Positions 60,847-64,000 of a stretch of DNA of 64,000 nucleotides are shown in pieces. This DNA is from an uncultured cyanobacterium (lineage in GTDB: Bacteria > Cyanobacteriota > Cyanobacteriia > PCC-9006 > JAAUQQ01). The stretch covers positions 4,224,001 through 4,288,000 of the forward strand of contig OY970368.1 of the NCBI GenBank assembly GCA_963718615.1. The letters are read 5' to 3'. The position numbers were made by a program, and so were the translations under genes. The first letter of the stretch is position 1, and each line of letters opens with the position of its first letter. The notes beneath the pieces were generated by a model that did no database searches, was not told the origin of the DNA, and was given only the letters and a program-made list of their open reading frames with translations.

Positions 60847-61146
60847 TGCCGAAAGACCTGTAGAGCTTACCCATCCTACCCCAGCCTCGAAAGATACCGA
60901 AAGCTAGACTGAGTGCAGAAAATCATGGATTTCGGCCTCAGGGCTTAAGTGGACCCACTCGATTCGGTAGAATTCTGTAGAGGCATATCCAAAATGCCCT
61001 GCCATCATAGACAATTGGTGAACTTTACATAACCATTTTCTAGTCGTATACGACTGGGAGCCCCATCGGTCTTTTTGCTGGGCTCGATTTGGGCCTCTGA
61101 GTCGTTAGGGTTGAGGGTTTGAAACCGAAACATTTAGAGGAAGAAC

Positions 61147-61971
61147 ATGAGGTACCGCGCTTTTATTGGGGCCATCTGTGCCTTCTGCCTAGCTGCTGCA
61201 ACGCTCTTTGGCGGCAGCGCCTTGGCTGTGCCCAAGGGAGTGAGCTATGACGACATCGTCAACACAGGCTTAGCCAACAAGTGTCCGCAGTTGACCGAAA
61301 CCGTCCGGGGGTCAATTCCCTTGGAGACCGGAAAGTCCTATCAGATCACATCACTGTGTATCGAGCCCAACGAATATTTTGTCAAGCAAGAGCCCACCAG
61401 CAAGCGCGCTACGGCGAAGTTTGTGGAAGGCCGTGCGTTGACTCGCTATACCTCCAGCTTGGATCAGGTCTTTGGTGACCTGACTTTCAATAAGGACGGC
61501 ACCTTAACCTTTACCGAGAAAGGTGGAATTGACTTCCAAGCCATTACGGTTCTGCTTCCCGCAGGTGAAGAGTTCCCCTTCCTATTTACGGTGAAAGGGC
61601 TCAAGGCAACCACAGCGGACGCCGCGACCAGCGTCAACACCTCCACCACCTTTGAGGGAGACTATCGGGTACCGTCCTACCGGACCTCGAACTTCTTGGA
61701 TCCCAAAGGCCGGGGTTTGACCACGGGCTATGACAGCGCGGTTGCCATTCCTTCGATGGCGGATGACGAATCGATTCGCAAGGAAAATGTGAAGAAGTTT
61801 GTCACGGGCGATGGCCACATGGCGCTCTTGATTTCCAAGGTCGACAGTGCCACGGGTGAAATCGGCGGCATTTTCGAATGTGTCCAACCCTCTGATACCG
61901 ACATGGGCGGCAAAGAGGCTGTCGATGTCAAAATTCGGGGTCTCTTCTATGGCGTCGTTGAAGAAGCCTAG
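61147..61971 (+). CDS. psbO: photosystem II manganese-stabilizing protein
   Basis: YDDIVNTGLANKCP, VPSYRTSNFLDPKGRG and QPSDTDMG motifs. Confidence 0.98.
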   Translation: MRYRAFIGAICAFCLAAATLFGGSALAVPKGVSYDDIVNTGLANKCPQLTETVRGSIPLETGKSYQITSLCIEPNEYFVKQEPTSKRATAKFVEGRALTRYTSSLDQVFGDLTFNKDGTLTFTEKGGIDFQAITVLLPAGEEFPFLFTVKGLKATTADAATSVNTSTTFEGDYRVPSYRTSNFLDPKGRGLTTGYDSAVAIPSMADDESIRKENVKKFVTGDGHMALLISKVDSATGEIGGIFECVQPSDTDMGGKEAVDVKIRGLFYGVVEEA

Positions 61972-62015
61972 AATCTTGGGCTAGAGACTGCTTTTATACC
62001 TTGCTTTCCATTGTG

Positions 62016-62045
62016 AAAGAGGAGTTTACGGACTCCTCTTTTTTT
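62016..62045 (+). terminator. psbO intrinsic terminator
   Basis: AAAGAGGAGT...ACTCCTCTTT plus T run. Confidence 0.85.
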
Positions 62046-62162
62046 CTGTGAATAAATGAAGATCTGACGGGGGCTCGGGCTTTGCCTCCTTCGGCGGGAC
62101 CCAGAGCAAGTTAGGATAAAAAACTGAATTTTGACGCAATTTGACGCAAGAGGAGTACGGCA

Positions 62163-63335
62163 TTGACTCAGCACACAGAAGGCATTGCCCCCCACGGTGG
62201 CAAGCTAGTGAATCGCTTGGCAACCGAGGCCGAACGCCAGGAATTTATCGAGCAGGCCGATCGCCTTCCTCGGGTTCAATTGGATGAACGCGCGCTGTCT
62301 GACCTGGTCATGATTGCCATTGGTGGCTTCAGCCCAATCACGGGCTTTATGGAACAGGCAGACTATGAAACGGTGGTTACGGATATGCGCTTGGCCAATG
62401 GATTGCCTTGGTCAGTCCCCGTGACCCTATCGGTGAGTGAAGAGATTGCGGACCCCCTGAAGGAAGGGGGCTGGGTGCGTTTGGATGATGAGACGGGTCG
62501 GTTTGTGGGGGTGCTAGAACTCACTCAAAAGTATCGCTACAACAAACACCACGAAGCGATGAATGTCTACCGCACCGATGAGGAGAAGCATCCGGGGGTC
62601 GCGGTGGTTTATCAGCAGGGACCGATCAATTTGGCTGGGCCGGTGTGGTTATTAGAACGGGATCCCCATCCGCTGTTTCCTAGCTATCAGCTTGATCCAG
62701 AGGTTTCCCGGCAGCAGTTTCGCGATCGCGGCTGGCAAACCGTCGTCGGTTTCCAAACCCGCAACCCCATTCACCGAGCCCATGAGTACATCATCAAATG
62801 TGCTTTAGAGACCGTGGATGGCCTCTTTCTCCATCCCCTCGTTGGGGCCACCAAAAGCGACGATATTCCGGCAGATGTGCGCATGCGCTGCTACGAAATC
62901 ATGTTGGAGTCTTACTTTCCGCAAGATCGGGTCATCCTGGCGATTAATCCCTCTGCCATGCGCTATGCCGGTCCTCGGGAAGCCATTTTCCATGCCTTGA
63001 TTCGCAAGAACTACGGTTGTACCCACTTCATTGTGGGACGGGATCATGCGGGTGTGGGCGATTACTACGGTACCTACGACGCCCAAAAAATCTTTGATGA
63101 GTTTCAACCGGGCGAGCTAGGCATTACGCCGATGAAATTTGAGCATGCCTTCTACTGCACCCGCACCCAGGGCATGGCTACGAGCAAAACCAGTCCAAGT
63201 AAGCCGGAAGAGCGGATTCACCTTTCTGGGACGAAGGTTCGCACCCTCCTCCGCAATGGCGAGCTGCCCCCACCAGAGTTCTCTCGTCCAGAGGTGGCTG
63301 GGGAATTGGCTCGGGTCATGAAGGTGAACGCTTAA
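62163..63335 (+). CDS. sat: sulfate adenylyltransferase
   Basis: [26 protein letters not shown] and SGTKVR motifs. Confidence 0.97.
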   Translation: MTQHTEGIAPHGGKLVNRLATEAERQEFIEQADRLPRVQLDERALSDLVMIAIGGFSPITGFMEQADYETVVTDMRLANGLPWSVPVTLSVSEEIADPLKEGGWVRLDDETGRFVGVLELTQKYRYNKHHEAMNVYRTDEEKHPGVAVVYQQGPINLAGPVWLLERDPHPLFPSYQLDPEVSRQQFRDRGWQTVVGFQTRNPIHRAHEYIIKCALETVDGLFLHPLVGATKSDDIPADVRMRCYEIMLESYFPQDRVILAINPSAMRYAGPREAIFHALIRKNYGCTHFIVGRDHAGVGDYYGTYDAQKIFDEFQPGELGITPMKFEHAFYCTRTQGMATSKTSPSKPEERIHLSGTKVRTLLRNGELPPPEFSRPEVAGELARVMKVNA

Positions 63336-63375
63336 AGCGGGTTTTTATATCGCTCAGGTGGGGTAGTAAGGAACT

Positions 63376-63600
63376 CTACTGCTGTTCTGCCCTACCTTTG
63401 CGATCGCCGCCATTGAGGCTTAAGTCATTCAAAATTCTGCTCAATAAATTCTTCTTCAAATTCTTTTCCAAACTGTTATCCCAGTAGACCGCAGAACGGA
63501 GGGGATATTTGTATGATGAATTTGTAGAAAAGGATTTGTATAGAACAGTCTGCTGGGTGGGAGCGCCTTCTGGTCCAAACATCGCAGGGGGTAAAGTCAT
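63376..63600 (-). CDS. small hypothetical protein
   Basis: 74-aa ORF filling the gap between sat and the caspase-like gene; no family recognised. Confidence 0.3.
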   Translation of the reverse strand: MTLPPAMFGPEGAPTQQTVLYKSFSTNSSYKYPLRSAVYWDNSLEKNLKKNLLSRILNDLSLNGGDRKGRAEQQ

Positions 63601-63633
63601 CGGGTAGGACGAGTAATTCCCAGGGGAAGAGCA

Positions 63634-64000
63634 ATGGGATTGAAGCGGCGATCGCTGCTCAAAGCAACGGGGATGACCCTCGCGGCCTGGGCAACGGGTG
63701 GAGTCAAATGGGGGGCTTGGGCGGATCGGTATGCGGCCACGTTAGCAGCACCGGCTCGCCACAAATACGCCCTCTTGGTGGGGATCAATCAATATGCTGG
63801 GGACTCCGCAGATTGCCCAGAATTGCGGGGCTGTCTTCAGGATGTTGCGCTTCAGCGGCAATTGCTGATTCACCGATTTGGTTTCCTGCCCGAAAATATT
63901 GTGGTCCTTCAGGATAAACAGGCCACCCGCAGCCGCGTTCAGTCGGTTTGGCTGGAGCATCTGCTCAATCAAGTCACGGCTGAAGATACGGTCTTCTTTC
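63634..64000 (+). CDS. caspase-family (peptidase C14, orthocaspase-like) protein with Tat signal; partial
   Basis: Hand translation MGLKRRSLLK...KYALLVGINQY...LRGCLQDVALQRQLLIHRFGF...LQDKQATR; open to the window end. Confidence 0.88.
   Translation, partial: MGLKRRSLLKATGMTLAAWATGGVKWGAWADRYAATLAAPARHKYALLVGINQYAGDSADCPELRGCLQDVALQRQLLIHRFGFLPENIVVLQDKQATRSRVQSVWLEHLLNQVTAEDTVFF

Noticed and set aside
1-64000. High density of GCGATCGC
   Set aside because: This is the well-known cyanobacterial HIP1; useful for taxonomy but not novel.

Overview
A mostly core-genome window from a cyanobacterium. The evidence is dense HIP1 octamers (GCGATCGC, often GGCGATCGCC), psbO, ndhL, desA/desC, pedR and a tRNA-Leu(UAA) carrying the ancient group I intron. 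It holds about 60 CDS (pgl, hisS, an AMIN-DacB and AMIN-amidase pair, minCDE, secG-gpmI, trpA, larC, a HetZ-related protein, the Ycf46-AAA/DUF1257 operon, coaBC, sat and a Tat-signal caspase-like protein) and three tRNAs. I found no CRISPR array, prophage or intact transposase. The most interesting signals are non-coding: (1) a ~120-nt nested rod-like RNA candidate between larC and the hetZ-like gene, flanked by a 7x13-bp tandem array, a -10 box and a terminator; (2) an internally deleted IS200/IS605 tnpB element that keeps its omegaRNA scaffold and right end, i.e. a possible orphan RNA guide; (3) a palindrome-rich MITE beside tRNA-Ala; (4) a multi-hairpin leader at ~23.1-23.3 kb. Protein oddities are a sensor-less hybrid histidine kinase with an internal FHA domain, an AMIN-Pro/Thr-PBP4 fusion and an archaeal-type kinase. 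Two genes are frameshifted at the same decamer, which is probably a consensus artefact. All calls come from reading motifs by eye; no searches or folding programs were run.
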